Shown here piece after piece: positions 18,721 to 29,190 of a DNA stretch of 64,000 nucleotides. Position 1 is the first letter of the stretch, and every line of letters begins with the position of its first letter. The stretch spans positions 352,001 through 416,000 of the forward strand of contig OZ244717.1 of the NCBI GenBank assembly GCA_965218975.1. The letters run 5' to 3'. The notes beneath the pieces were generated by a model that saw only the letters and a program-made list of their open reading frames with translations, had not been told where the DNA came from and made no database searches. Source of the DNA: Candidatus Oxydemutatoraceae bacterium (GTDB lineage: Bacteria > Pseudomonadota > Gammaproteobacteria > Poriferisulfidales > Oxydemutatoraceae). Both the position numbers and the translations under genes were made by a program.

Positions 18721-19071
18721 ACTCGCATTGTAATCAAATAATTTTTGAACTGTAAAGAAATTGTATAGGCCCGCTATATATCACGCTTAAGTGAATTTTT
18801 TTTATCAATGACACGATATGAATTTGAATTTATACACCTTTTTCTAATAATACGGCCTTTTTCATATAAAAATGATTGACATCAGGAATAGCGGCTTCCG
18901 GAAAAATGAGTCGCTTTCATCGCCAACATGAGCCGTCTAAGAAAGCCGGAACTTGAACGACGTCAGAGCGGCGACGCCCTTACAAACACCGAAGAGTTTG
19001 TAGACTTGATATATAGCAATTCCATCAAACAGATCGTTAAATTTCGTTGATAAGCGACCTGGTTTCTATAA

Positions 19072-22000
19072 TCACCTTTCCCCGATACGCAATAAACAGG
19101 GTAACAGCACTAGCGTAAATAAAGTGCTCAGCAGCAATCCGCCCACAATCACCGTCGCTAACCCGCGATAGAGTTCGGCGCCGGCGCCGAATGCCATCAG
19201 CAATGGGAGCATGCCGAATAAACTGGTCAATGTGCTCATTAGAATAGGGCGCAGACGCAAACGAATCGCCTGCCGTACCGCATCGCAACGATTGCAACCG
19301 CCGCGTTCCGCCTGACGTGTTTGATGCACTAGCAAAATGGCATTATTCACAACCAAACCCAACAGGATGATAAGACCGATCATCGTCAACAAATCCATCG
19401 GCTGAAATGTGATGAAATTGACAATTCTTAACAAAATCACACCGCCGACAGTTGCCAGCGGTAAAACAATCACTACGAATAAGCTATCGCGGAAAGAACG
19501 GAATAACACCGCCATCAGCAAATACAGAATTAAGACCGCCAGTGCAAATGCTTGCGACATACCGGATAGGGCCACTTTTAATTTATCTGCGCTTCCGGTA
19601 TATGTAATTTCCCCGTCCTCAGGCAATTGTTCGCGCAGAATCGGCTCGACTCTTTCGCGCAACAATTTCGCCGTTACTTCAAGCGGTAAAAACGGCGGCG
19701 AAATCACTTCCAATGTAACGGTGCGACGTCGGTCAAGGCGACGAATGCGATTGGGGCCTGCGGTTCGGCTGATTGTAACCAGCTCGCCAAGCGGTACGGT
19801 CCCGGCATTTGGCGTCGCCAACGGAACTGCTGCCAATTCCTCAGGAGTTTTCCAACCGCTGATTCTACCGATAACATCAATCTTCTTGTCGCCGTCAAAG
19901 TAATCGGTAATAAACAAACCGTCGCCGATCATACGAGTGAGCAGTCCCATTGTCGTATAATCCCACCCCACCTCGACAATCCGCTCTTCGCGGGGAAGCA
20001 GCGAAATCTGAGATTCCGCCAGTTCGAGTCCCGGTTTCGGGTTGACTCTTGCACCGGGGACCTCGCGCATGATTAGACCATAACCGGTATATGCGGCTTG
20101 CAATAAACTCTCAATATCGCGCGTTTGTAAGTTCACCTCAACGCTACGAGTGTTCCCTTGACTGAATAAAGATGCGATTCGCGCAAATGAGAATGTGTCA
20201 GGGAAATCACGAAATACATTCCCGATAATTGATGATAGTTGTTTCACTTGACTCGGTATTCGCGCGACCGCGCCCATGAATGCCCCATTGGCAAAGGCGA
20301 CAAAAAAATAATGTCGTATCGCGGGTTGTTTGTCGCCGATAACATGCGGCTGTAATTGTTGCGTAACAACCTCCCCCATTTCTTTTTCCAGCGTTGCAAG
20401 ATTCATCCCCGGTGGCGTCAGTAGAAATGCAAAAACCAAATTGCGATTACCCGCGGGCAAATAATCAGCTTTAGGCAGCAATAACCCCGTCAGAACGACC
20501 GGCATTAGAAATAACCCGGCAATTAAAATATGTCTGTGTGTCTTCGCCGCGGTCAAGCGCATCAAGTGTTCCGTAATTCGGTCCCAAACTTTTGCGAATA
20601 AATCCGTATTGCACTCTTTATGCAACCACTCCTTGCTCATCGCCGGAACTAAAATCAGTGCAGCAACCATTGAAGCGGTGACCGCTGCCGACAGCCCGAC
20701 GGCAAGATCGGCAAACAATTGCCCGGCCTCGTCCTCCAACAAAATAATCGGCAGAAAAACCGCCACAGTGGTAATGGTTGATGCGATCAACGCAACCTTG
20801 ATTTGATCGCTGCCTTCAACCGCCGCTTCGCGCAAGCCACGCCCCGCTTCACGCAAACGCAAAATATTTTCAATCGCAATAATTGACGCATCCAGCACCA
20901 TGCCGACTGCTAACGCCAATGCCGCCAGCGAAATCACATTGAGCGTGCGTCCGGTAATTTGTAATACAATCAATGCGGCAAATAGCGAGATAGGAATGCT
21001 AACGGCAACGATCAAAACCGTACGCACACGGCGGGTGAACCACCACAATATCGCACCGGCGAGCACAATGCCAAGCAACAAGTTCGTCAATAACACTTCA
21101 ATCGACTTCTCGATATAAATCGTCTCGTCGTACACTTGCTCCATTTCGAGTCCGACACGTTTGAGCGGGCCTTCTGCCAATGCGTTTGCCACCTCCCGCA
21201 AACGCGCCATCACCTCGATGACATTCACACCGACTTCACGGTACGCATTGACCGCTAACGACCCCTCGCCATTGTTGATTACAAATGATTGACGGTCTTC
21301 ATAATCCGGACGAATATCGGCTATATCGCGTAAACGTACGGGTCTTCCGTCGCGCCATTCCAGAATCATTTCCGATAAACCGACGATATCAAACGCGCCT
21401 TCAAAGCGAATCGTATAACTCCGCCTGCCGATATCTTCCGTTCCGCCGGAAATATTTTCTTGTCCGGTAATCATCCGTGCCGCCCGCGGTAGGTCTATAC
21501 CCAAACCGGCCGCTTTATAAGGGTCCACGGAGATTCGAATTTCCTGCTCCAAACCGCCGCGCACTTCAGATTGCGAAATTCCCCATACCCGTTCAAACCG
21601 AGATTGCACCACTTCTTCGACAAATCGTTTGTACTCCGCAATGTTTTTGTCGTTACCGTGTATCGGCTTGATAATAAACCAAGCGATCGGACGTGCCGCT
21701 TCGCCGACAGTGCTTAATATCGGTTCGTCGGCATCAACCGGATAGTCCGCCACTCGATTCAAGCGATTGAGCACTTCAATCAACGCACGTTCGATGCTGT
21801 AACCTAAATCAAATGTCAAAGTAACAGAACCTTGACCACGGCTTGCTTCCGAAAGCATCGATACGACTCCCGGCAGTCCTTTTAACGCATCTTCTTGCGG
21901 CTCAATAATTTCAGACTCGATTTCTTCAGGCGCCGCCGCGCGCCAAGTCGTTGTAATAGTAATCTCAGGCTTAATAATTTCCGGAGTGAGCTGAATCGGT

Positions 22001-22095
22001 AATTTAAGCAACATTACAATCCCAAAGGTCATCACTAACAAGAGGATGACATATCCCATAATCGGATTGTCTATTACCGTACGCGTCAGCTTCAT
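19072..22095 (-). CDS. RND efflux transporter permease, AcrB/CzcA family
   Basis: 1007 aa with two TM bundles; GMVLDASI, GLVVNNAILL and RLRPILMSTLTS motifs. Confidence 0.95.
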   Translation of the reverse strand: MKLTRTVIDNPIMGYVILLLVMTFGIVMLLKLPIQLTPEIIKPEITITTTWRAAAPEEIESEIIEPQEDALKGLPGVVSMLSEASRGQGSVTLTFDLGYSIERALIEVLNRLNRVADYPVDADEPILSTVGEAARPIAWFIIKPIHGNDKNIAEYKRFVEEVVQSRFERVWGISQSEVRGGLEQEIRISVDPYKAAGLGIDLPRAARMITGQENISGGTEDIGRRSYTIRFEGAFDIVGLSEMILEWRDGRPVRLRDIADIRPDYEDRQSFVINNGEGSLAVNAYREVGVNVIEVMARLREVANALAEGPLKRVGLEMEQVYDETIYIEKSIEVLLTNLLLGIVLAGAILWWFTRRVRTVLIVAVSIPISLFAALIVLQITGRTLNVISLAALALAVGMVLDASIIAIENILRLREAGRGLREAAVEGSDQIKVALIASTITTVAVFLPIILLEDEAGQLFADLAVGLSAAVTASMVAALILVPAMSKEWLHKECNTDLFAKVWDRITEHLMRLTAAKTHRHILIAGLFLMPVVLTGLLLPKADYLPAGNRNLVFAFLLTPPGMNLATLEKEMGEVVTQQLQPHVIGDKQPAIRHYFFVAFANGAFMGAVARIPSQVKQLSSIIGNVFRDFPDTFSFARIASLFSQGNTRSVEVNLQTRDIESLLQAAYTGYGLIMREVPGARVNPKPGLELAESQISLLPREERIVEVGWDYTTMGLLTRMIGDGLFITDYFDGDKKIDVIGRISGWKTPEELAAVPLATPNAGTVPLGELVTISRTAGPNRIRRLDRRRTVTLEVISPPFLPLEVTAKLLRERVEPILREQLPEDGEITYTGSADKLKVALSGMSQAFALAVLILYLLMAVLFRSFRDSLFVVIVLPLATVGGVILLRIVNFITFQPMDLLTMIGLIILLGLVVNNAILLVHQTRQAERGGCNRCDAVRQAIRLRLRPILMSTLTSLFGMLPLLMAFGAGAELYRGLATVIVGGLLLSTLFTLVLLPCLLRIGER

Positions 22096-23228
22096 TGACG
22101 TGACTTCAAAGATGGCTGGGAATCGCCTTGCGGCGCATGAAGCGGCCGTACCGACATCCCTTCGCGTACCCGCTCGGCGCCGCGAATAATCACTTGGTCG
22201 CCGATTTTTAATGTGCTGTTGCGCACTTCAATCAAACCATCGCTGGTGGATACTCCGACTTGTACCGGCACACGTTGCGCCATCTGATCACGAGTCACTC
22301 TCATCACGCTCATCCCGGTGTTGCGAATAACCAATGCATCTTCCGGTACTACCAAACTATTGCGCGGCGATGAAATCGGTACTGCAACGCGCACCAACTG
22401 CCGAGCATAACCCGTCGGTATTATCCAATCCAAACGCAACTCAAACAGCCGCGATACGCTGTCGGCAACCGGCACAACGGTGCGCAGATTTGCTTGTTGA
22501 GCTTGCCCGTTGACCTCGATTATCAACAGGTCGCCTACGGCAACTTGCGATAGGATGTAGGCAGGGACCGATGTTGTAATTTCCAAACTCTGCGGGTCTG
22601 TCAATGCGACAATTTCATCTCCCGCCGACACCCATTCGCCTTCTTCCGCGTGCCTTTCGTTAATCACTCCGTCAAACGGCGCAACAATGCTCATCCGGCG
22701 AAGTAATTCATCCGTCCGTGCCACTCTTGCTTGGTTTGCCGCATACATTGCTCTAGTCGCATCCAAATCGGCCTGCATCTGTTCAAGCCGGCTTAAAGCC
22801 GCATTGTTATTTTTCGCAAGTTCGTTAAGACGCCCAACTTCCCTATTCAGAAATCCGATGCTTGCTTGCAGGCTAACACTTTCCGCTTTCTGCGCGATCA
22901 ATTCTTGTTGCAACAATGCATCGTCAAGCCGCACGATGACTTCACCGCGCTTAAAGTAATCGCCAACTTCCGGTACCGCGATAATCCGCCCGGCATTTTC
23001 AGCAGCGATGTCAGCGTGATTGCGACTTATCACACTGCCGCTAAACCATAATTGTTCGCGTAATTCCTGCTGTTGCACCGGAGCAAGAATTACCGGCATT
23101 GAGGGGACTGCCCCGCCGGGCGGTCCTCCCGGCAGTTGCGCGACACTCGACGCTACCGTAAACAACAGCGCCACACAAATCATGCCTGCTGCCGACACAC
23201 TCAACTTTACTTTTAATATTATTGACAA
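22092..23228 (-). CDS. RND efflux periplasmic adaptor (membrane fusion protein)
   Basis: Lipoyl-like halves around a coiled coil (APFDGVI); overlaps the permease start. Confidence 0.93.
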   Translation of the reverse strand: MSIILKVKLSVSAAGMICVALLFTVASSVAQLPGGPPGGAVPSMPVILAPVQQQELREQLWFSGSVISRNHADIAAENAGRIIAVPEVGDYFKRGEVIVRLDDALLQQELIAQKAESVSLQASIGFLNREVGRLNELAKNNNAALSRLEQMQADLDATRAMYAANQARVARTDELLRRMSIVAPFDGVINERHAEEGEWVSAGDEIVALTDPQSLEITTSVPAYILSQVAVGDLLIIEVNGQAQQANLRTVVPVADSVSRLFELRLDWIIPTGYARQLVRVAVPISSPRNSLVVPEDALVIRNTGMSVMRVTRDQMAQRVPVQVGVSTSDGLIEVRNSTLKIGDQVIIRGAERVREGMSVRPLHAPQGDSQPSLKSRQ

Positions 23229-23347
23229 CTTACCCTTTGCGTTATTTGCTTATAGTTTAAACCAAGATCGGACTGTACTCGTTCCTTAGCGGAAGAATAA
23301 AATTTTCGACTTAGAATCGGGGCGCTGCCGCCGCAATCCGCGCACTT

Positions 23348-24097
23348 TTACCAGTAAGCTTCAACCGTGATGTGTCCTGGCGTGCGTCGCCGATTTCTCT
23401 CTAACCCCTTCTTGCGCAGAACAGTCATGGTGTCTTTTACCATATCCGGATTGCCGCAAAGCATCACCTGCGAATCTGCCGTATTGAACCGGCAGCCGGT
23501 TCCCGCTTCCAGCGAACCATTCCGAATCGCCGCGGGGATTCTTCCCGGCAAAGCGAAGTCGCTTTGTTCACGACTAACAAAATGTACCAATGTGAACTGA
23601 TTCGGGTGTTGCGCGGCAAACTGCCGAAGAATGTCGCGGTAAGAGGCTTCTTTAATCATTCTTACCGCATGGATAAGAATCACTTTCTCAAACCTTTGCC
23701 ATGGCGTTGCAGTTTTGAGTATGGATAAAAATGGCCCTATTCCCGTGCCGGTCGAAATTAACCAAAGATGCTTGCCGTGCGGAATTTCATCAAGAACTAA
23801 AAAACCGACGGGCGATTTCGCGACCAAGACCGAATCGCCGGATTGTAATTCGGCAAGCTTTGAAGACAAGCGGCCGGCGGAAACGACAATGGAATAAAAC
23901 TCTTTGATCGGATCGCCCGGTGCATTGACATATGAATAGGGGCGAGCCACCTGCTCTCCGTCAATCATCAACGCCAATTTGCCGAACTGTCCCGCTTGGA
24001 ACAGATCGGTTTCCACATCCACACGCAGCGAATACAACCGATTTGTCCAGTGTTTATTCTCGACAACTGTTCCTTCCGCATACTTTGCATTGACCAT
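23348..24097 (-). CDS. fpr: Ferredoxin/flavodoxin-NADP+ reductase
   Basis: RPYS, STGTGIGPF, MLCGNPDMV and C-terminal EAYW. Confidence 0.95.
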   Translation of the reverse strand: MVNAKYAEGTVVENKHWTNRLYSLRVDVETDLFQAGQFGKLALMIDGEQVARPYSYVNAPGDPIKEFYSIVVSAGRLSSKLAELQSGDSVLVAKSPVGFLVLDEIPHGKHLWLISTGTGIGPFLSILKTATPWQRFEKVILIHAVRMIKEASYRDILRQFAAQHPNQFTLVHFVSREQSDFALPGRIPAAIRNGSLEAGTGCRFNTADSQVMLCGNPDMVKDTMTVLRKKGLERNRRRTPGHITVEAYW

Positions 24098-24295
24098 TTC
24101 TTTGTACCGATATTTTTTAAAAACGCATTGTAGTGCAGAATAAATTACCTGTCTTTATTACTTAAGGATGAACATACGTTATAGATCAATCGGGTGGATA
24201 CGGCGTTAGTTGCCGAGCATAATAATCATTGATTGACGTAGAGATTTTTTCTATAGTACCCGTTACGATTACAATTGTTTGCAAAGGAGAAACGA

Positions 24296-24373
24296 ATGGA
24301 TATCTATCGCATCACCGCTATTATCGTTGGTCTGTTTATAATGGGCCTTGCGGTGTATATGGGCATGCACTAA
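24296..24373 (+). CDS. 25-aa single-TM small protein MDIYRITAIIVGLFIMGLAVYMGMH (below the ORF track cutoff)
   Basis: AAGGAG RBS with normal spacing, upstream TTGATT-N17-TATAGT (24229-24257), and one hydrophobic helix. Confidence 0.55.
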   Translation: MDIYRITAIIVGLFIMGLAVYMGMH

Positions 24374-24482
24374 ACGCCGCGCTTAATCAATCGCAACCCA
24401 ATCGCGACCGCTGGTTACCTGCTTCGCAACCGTTTATCGGTTGAGCTGCCGTCTGTTCCGCCATCTCTGGTAAAACACCCGA

Positions 24483-25019
24483 ATGATGGCATGGCGGCAC
24501 GCAACACTTGGCTTCACTCTGGTAGAACTATTAATTACATTGACTCTGATCGCAATTGCATTAAACGGTGCGGTATACGGCTACCGTGACTGGCAGAAAC
24601 GCACTTTGATTAGCGAACACTTAAACTTGTGGGTCAAGACTTTGCGCTTTGCTCGCAATTATGCGTTAATTTCAGGTAACGCAACGGTTCTTTGTCCGAG
24701 CTCAAGCATTGTCGGATGTAATGGGAACGATTATGCAAAAGGCTGGTTGGTCTTTGCAGAAAATTCTCATGGCGACGCGGGACGCTACGACAGCGAAGAT
24801 CGCATCATTGCTCGCTCGGATGCTTGGCATTCCTCGCTAACATTACATAGCAATTTTAAAACGCCGGTGCGGTTTAACTCTTCGGGCAGAACCAATGCCA
24901 ACGGGCGGTTTGTCCTCTGCATTGATCATGACCCCGGATTAATGCGCGGAATCTTTTTGATTCGTTCCGGACGGCTGCGTTTGACACGAAGCGGCGAACT
25001 CAACGAGTGTTTATCGTGA
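24483..25019 (+). CDS. fimT: Type IV minor pilin, FimT/FimU (GspH-like)
   Basis: Prepilin motif GFTLVELLITL; ARNYAL...LCPS and GWLVF. Confidence 0.85.
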   Translation: MMAWRHATLGFTLVELLITLTLIAIALNGAVYGYRDWQKRTLISEHLNLWVKTLRFARNYALISGNATVLCPSSSIVGCNGNDYAKGWLVFAENSHGDAGRYDSEDRIIARSDAWHSSLTLHSNFKTPVRFNSSGRTNANGRFVLCIDHDPGLMRGIFLIRSGRLRLTRSGELNECLS

Positions 25020-25522
25020 CGAACACGGCAAACCGCTTGCAGAAATCAACATGCGGATTTGCTTTAGTGGAATTGCTGATCACTATTTTACTGCTAACGG
25101 TCGGTGTACTCGGCACTTTACATTTGCAACAATACGCCGCCATGATAGAGCGTGATCTGCAATATCGCATTCGCGCAAGCGCCTTAATCGAAGACATCGT
25201 CCGCAAGATGGATGCGGCAGAACATCATGCCGATAATTTTTTAACCGGTTTCGGCGCACCGCCCGCAACTACTAATTGCTGGCAAACAAACTGCGGAGAA
25301 ACTCAACGTCACCGCTTTCATCTCGCTCATTGGAAATGCCGCTTAGGGAGATGGCAAAATACAAGCGTTTGCCGCACCCGACTTCGCACTCGCGGATTAC
25401 TGCCTTACGGTGACGGTGAAATTCAACGCGGCCATCAAACCTTGCGCATTGCCGTGCGCTGGCATGACAGTCGCCAACAGATACAAACACTGACCCACCA
25501 TTATGTTCCGTTACATCCTTAG
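25007..25522 (+). CDS. pilV: Type IV minor pilin PilV
   Basis: GFALVELLITILLLTVGVLG, LP.G.G and I.VRW; cluster position. Confidence 0.85.
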   Translation: MFIVTNTANRLQKSTCGFALVELLITILLLTVGVLGTLHLQQYAAMIERDLQYRIRASALIEDIVRKMDAAEHHADNFLTGFGAPPATTNCWQTNCGETQRHRFHLAHWKCRLGRWQNTSVCRTRLRTRGLLPYGDGEIQRGHQTLRIAVRWHDSRQQIQTLTHHYVPLHP

Positions 25523-26525
25523 CGCCAACAATCCTAAATTCTTAAGCATTGCGGGCACAGCTCTTCTCGAATGGATACTTGCCTCATTACTCGGGATTTT
25601 TCTGATAGTCGCATTAGAACGATTGTTTCAGACGATCGCTACCGATCATAGCTTTAGGGAGGCACAATCCGCCGCGATAATAACGTTGGCAGTAACCGAG
25701 CAAACCGTCAGTAAACGCTTGCACCTTAGTACCGCGCTTCCTTGCGGTAACACCCCGGGACAAATCAACCTTGTGAACGACGGAAGCGCTCTCTATTGGC
25801 TTGACCTGTTTGCAAGTGCAAAACAAATACATCCCTACGATAGCGAGGAAGCATCAGCGATTCGTCGCCTCGGCACTGCTGCGGGCGAACGCGCCGCCGG
25901 CAGCGATGTATTAGTGATTCTCGCCGCACAACAACCGATTCGGGTTGTCACACACAATGTTGAAGAGGGCATATTAGTTTTAGCCGAAGCTTCCTTATTG
26001 CGGCCCGGTGAATTTGCGATCGTCTGCGACCCGCAAGTAACCGCGTTATTCCAAATCACCCGGCAATTTGATCAAGGGCAGCGATTGGCATATCGTGGTG
26101 GCGGCGTGTCGCCGGGCAATTGTGCAAACGATTTTGATATAAATCGGCCGTGTGCCCCGAACACTGCTTACATATTTTCCGACCACGCCTTGCTCACGGT
26201 GTTTGAACCGGCTGTTCTGTTTGTCGGGCAATCGCATCATCCCGGTCGTCGTTCACTTTATCGCGAACGGCTCAGTCTGACTCAATCCGGCGATGGCAAC
26301 ATTCGTGCCGGCATGCGCCGCGAGGAAATTATTGAAGGTGTTGAAATTCTGCGTGCCCGCTCGCTAAGCGATAACGTGGTTGATTTTGGAATTGTCGCCG
26401 CCGCTCCATTACCGGTTGCCGACCTAACGCCCGCTTCCGTTCATTTGCTTGGCAGGGATGTTACATCATGGCTATCCGACCACGGAAGCTTATATGACGT
26501 AACGGAGTTCAGCGTTGCACTATAA
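25503..26525 (+). CDS. pilW: Type IV minor pilin PilW
   Basis: Degenerate prepilin GTALLEWILA, GSDVL and EEIIEGVE; cluster position. Confidence 0.8.
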   Translation: MFRYILSANNPKFLSIAGTALLEWILASLLGIFLIVALERLFQTIATDHSFREAQSAAIITLAVTEQTVSKRLHLSTALPCGNTPGQINLVNDGSALYWLDLFASAKQIHPYDSEEASAIRRLGTAAGERAAGSDVLVILAAQQPIRVVTHNVEEGILVLAEASLLRPGEFAIVCDPQVTALFQITRQFDQGQRLAYRGGGVSPGNCANDFDINRPCAPNTAYIFSDHALLTVFEPAVLFVGQSHHPGRRSLYRERLSLTQSGDGNIRAGMRREEIIEGVEILRARSLSDNVVDFGIVAAAPLPVADLTPASVHLLGRDVTSWLSDHGSLYDVTEFSVAL

Positions 26526-26937
26526 ATATTTCATTGACCAATGTTTGGCGTATCCTCATTCGAAAACTCGTGGCAGTAGCCTGATTATTACTTTAGCATT
26601 ACTGTTGATTTTGACACCTTTAGCGCTCGGCAGCATGTACCGATTGCAATATCAGTCTCAAACCTTATATGCGCTAGACAACAAACGCCGCCTGCAAACC
26701 GAAGTCAGGCAGCAACTCGTTCTAGCCGCCGCAATTGCGCAGACGCTGCCGGCAAATATCTCAGTAGCCAATTCAAATTGGCAAATCACCGCCTTAGCCA
26801 ATACCGCCTCAACTCAAACCATCAGTTATTTTCAGCTCAGCGGGCAAGTTGAAAATGCTTCCGGTCGCGTTACCGCTCACGCCCTGTACCGACGCGGCAT
26901 TGATCCGGCAATACGGATGTTTCAGTTTGCTCAATAG
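26515..26937 (+). CDS. pilX: Short PilX-like minor pilin
   Basis: RGSSLIITLALLLIL (prepilin lacking Glu5); follows pilW. Confidence 0.65.
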   Translation: MHYKYFIDQCLAYPHSKTRGSSLIITLALLLILTPLALGSMYRLQYQSQTLYALDNKRRLQTEVRQQLVLAAAIAQTLPANISVANSNWQITALANTASTQTISYFQLSGQVENASGRVTAHALYRRGIDPAIRMFQFAQ

Positions 26938-27352
26938 CTCGAATAACGCGAAATACGGTTGCCGTATTGCAGCCTTCTCTTTGCTTGAACTGCTGTTTGC
27001 AATGGTCATCAGCGCCATTATTTTATCGTTGGCGATCAACACTTATGATCGTTATCAAATAAAAATTCAATATTTAGACGGGCGCAATAAACTGCTTGAA
27101 ATCATGCAGAAACAGCATCACCATTTTGCCGAACATTTAACTTTCACCGACCAACTCGAATCTCTAGGGTTTTCCTCGATTGATCATGCCGTCTTATCCG
27201 ATCACCAACATTTTCGCATCCGTGCCGCACCTTGCCAAACCGTGATTGCTCAATGTGTCCGCTTAACCGCAACTGCAACCGATCCCACAAACGATGTTGA
27301 CACTTTAACTTTGGACTCCATGGGGCGCCGAACTCCAGCAGATATCTGGTAG
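26849..27352 (+). CDS. pilE: PilE/ComP-like minor pilin; true start uncertain
   Basis: AFSLLELLFAMVISAII and C-terminal TLTLDSMG. Confidence 0.75.
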   Translation: MKMLPVALPLTPCTDAALIRQYGCFSLLNSSNNAKYGCRIAAFSLLELLFAMVISAIILSLAINTYDRYQIKIQYLDGRNKLLEIMQKQHHHFAEHLTFTDQLESLGFSSIDHAVLSDHQHFRIRAAPCQTVIAQCVRLTATATDPTNDVDTLTLDSMGRRTPADIW

Positions 27353-27416
27353 ATTGAACAAGTGAAAACAGGATTTATTAGTTTAAGGTAATTGCTTAAT
27401 TTTTTATATATTTTGC

Positions 27417-27490
27417 ACGATGCCACCCTAAATGGGATTCTTGAATAGCTTCGGGGGAAGCGTTCGGCAGAAAGCACCGATCCGAATGTT
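27417..27490. repeat. Rearranged copy of the repeat tail module, with one half inverted
   Basis: CGATGCCACCCTAAATGGGATTCTTGAA is the reverse complement of part of 13330-13384 and is followed by forward CAGAAAGCACCGATCCGAATG. Confidence 0.85.
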
Positions 27491-27508
27491 ATGGTCCTAT
27501 ACATATTG

Positions 27509-27537
27509 TTGACATGCTGTTGTAAAGTCAATATACT
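27509..27537 (+). promoter_or_regulatory. Near-consensus sigma70 promoter for the 27623 lipoprotein
   Basis: TTGACA-N17-TATACT. Confidence 0.7.
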
Positions 27538-27622
27538 TTGACGCAAACCAAACAAGATGGCGCAACGCTTAGTGGCGTTACGGCGTTTAATAAAATACCC
27601 CGAATTCGAAGGAATGTAAGAT

Positions 27623-29149
27623 ATGAAAGAAATAACCCCGCGTCGTTTCCAGCGTGCCAGATTAACCGCCTTTCTCCTAATCAGCGGCTTTGCGTTAAGC
27701 GGTTGTTTTGATTCGGGCGGAAGCGGTTCAAGCGGCGCTTCGGTTGAGCGGTTTTTATACACGAGTAGCAATAGCAGTAGCGGGAATGAAATTATACGGA
27801 TGGGTATTGCTTCCGACGGCACACTCAGTAGTAGCACCGTAACTCGAATACCGACCCATGGTTTTGGCGATGCCGACGATGACGACTTTGACGGGCAACA
27901 TTCGTTGCATATCGTGCATAATTATCTGCTTGCCGTCAATGCCGGGGAAGATCCTGCATTTTCGGACATGAAATTTAATGGCGAGTTTGCCGCTCGCACC
28001 AGCGGCAACGGAACTATATCGGTATTTCGTTTTGAAGATGACGCTTTAACCCAAGTGCCGCAGGGAGAGGATTCTGCAAGCAGTAATGTGGAGTCGCACG
28101 GAATCAGACCGGTGAGTCTGACATCGGCAATAATCGACGATGTAACATGGGTATTAGTCGCAAACCAATACGACAATCCATTTTGTAAGTGGTTTGACGG
28201 CAAGGAGCCGCAATGTCCTGCTATTCCGTCGCCGCGTGAGGATGACAAACCGAGTATTGATGCGTTTAAATTCAATCCCGAGGACGGACAATTGACTTAT
28301 TCCGGCGAAATGGACCTTTTTAATTTCGGCGACAACGGCGGGCCGTCACAAGTTTCTTTTAGTCCGGACCGGAGCAAAGTTGCGGCAACGATGTGGGGAA
28401 TACCGTTTCTAAGTTCCACAGGAGTGGAAACGATAGATATATTGCGGAGTACAACTGTCAATACTTTCCGTGAAGGTGGGGTGTTCGTATGGGATGTGGA
28501 AGTACAGGATTCCACTCAGGGTTCCAATTTGATGCTTATCAAGCGCCGCTTTTGGTTTGAACCGGGGGTTTCGGGTAGTATCGGGTTTGTTTGGAGTCCG
28601 GATAGCCGGTATCTTTATGTAACAAACTTCAATGTCCCGATCAACGGGGATAGGAACTTCAGCGTAGTTTCGTTGGAAGATACGTCTTCGGAACTGACTC
28701 CTGTCGATCAGTCGGGAACACGCGACAATGACGGCGCGATGCAGGTGCGACATGCCGATGAGGCCTGTTGGGCATGGCTTGAACCCGACGGGAGCAGGCT
28801 TTATACGGCAAGTTTTAGCGGAAACATCGTGTCGTTCTTTGACGTGACACCCGAGACCGGCATGATTGATCACAATTCGTATTATCCTCGTCGTGACCAA
28901 GCGCTCCCATTTCCGATCGCTCCTTCTTTAAGAATATCCGAAGCTCCGGATACAAAGGATATTTACGTTTTATCGAACGGAACATTTCTCTATGTTTCCG
29001 GCGCATTAAATTCGCACACGATTTCAATTTATGCGGTGAACAGCAAGGGAACTTTAGTGGAAATAAATTCCTCGCCGTTTAGCGTCCCGTTTCCGGATGC
29101 AAGGACGGATAAGCGCGAAGAAGCATTTTTGGGTCTTGTCGGCTACTAA
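27623..29149 (+). CDS. Lipoprotein with a lactonase-like beta-propeller
   Basis: Lipobox LSGC and Gly/Ser linker; propeller blades such as FSPDRSKV, WSPDSRYLYVTNF and PDGSRLYTAS. Confidence 0.85.
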   Translation: MKEITPRRFQRARLTAFLLISGFALSGCFDSGGSGSSGASVERFLYTSSNSSSGNEIIRMGIASDGTLSSSTVTRIPTHGFGDADDDDFDGQHSLHIVHNYLLAVNAGEDPAFSDMKFNGEFAARTSGNGTISVFRFEDDALTQVPQGEDSASSNVESHGIRPVSLTSAIIDDVTWVLVANQYDNPFCKWFDGKEPQCPAIPSPREDDKPSIDAFKFNPEDGQLTYSGEMDLFNFGDNGGPSQVSFSPDRSKVAATMWGIPFLSSTGVETIDILRSTTVNTFREGGVFVWDVEVQDSTQGSNLMLIKRRFWFEPGVSGSIGFVWSPDSRYLYVTNFNVPINGDRNFSVVSLEDTSSELTPVDQSGTRDNDGAMQVRHADEACWAWLEPDGSRLYTASFSGNIVSFFDVTPETGMIDHNSYYPRRDQALPFPIAPSLRISEAPDTKDIYVLSNGTFLYVSGALNSHTISIYAVNSKGTLVEINSSPFSVPFPDARTDKREEAFLGLVGY

Positions 29150-29190
29150 AAGTGAGTCTTTTCGGAAGAAAAGATATAACTTAATAGGCA

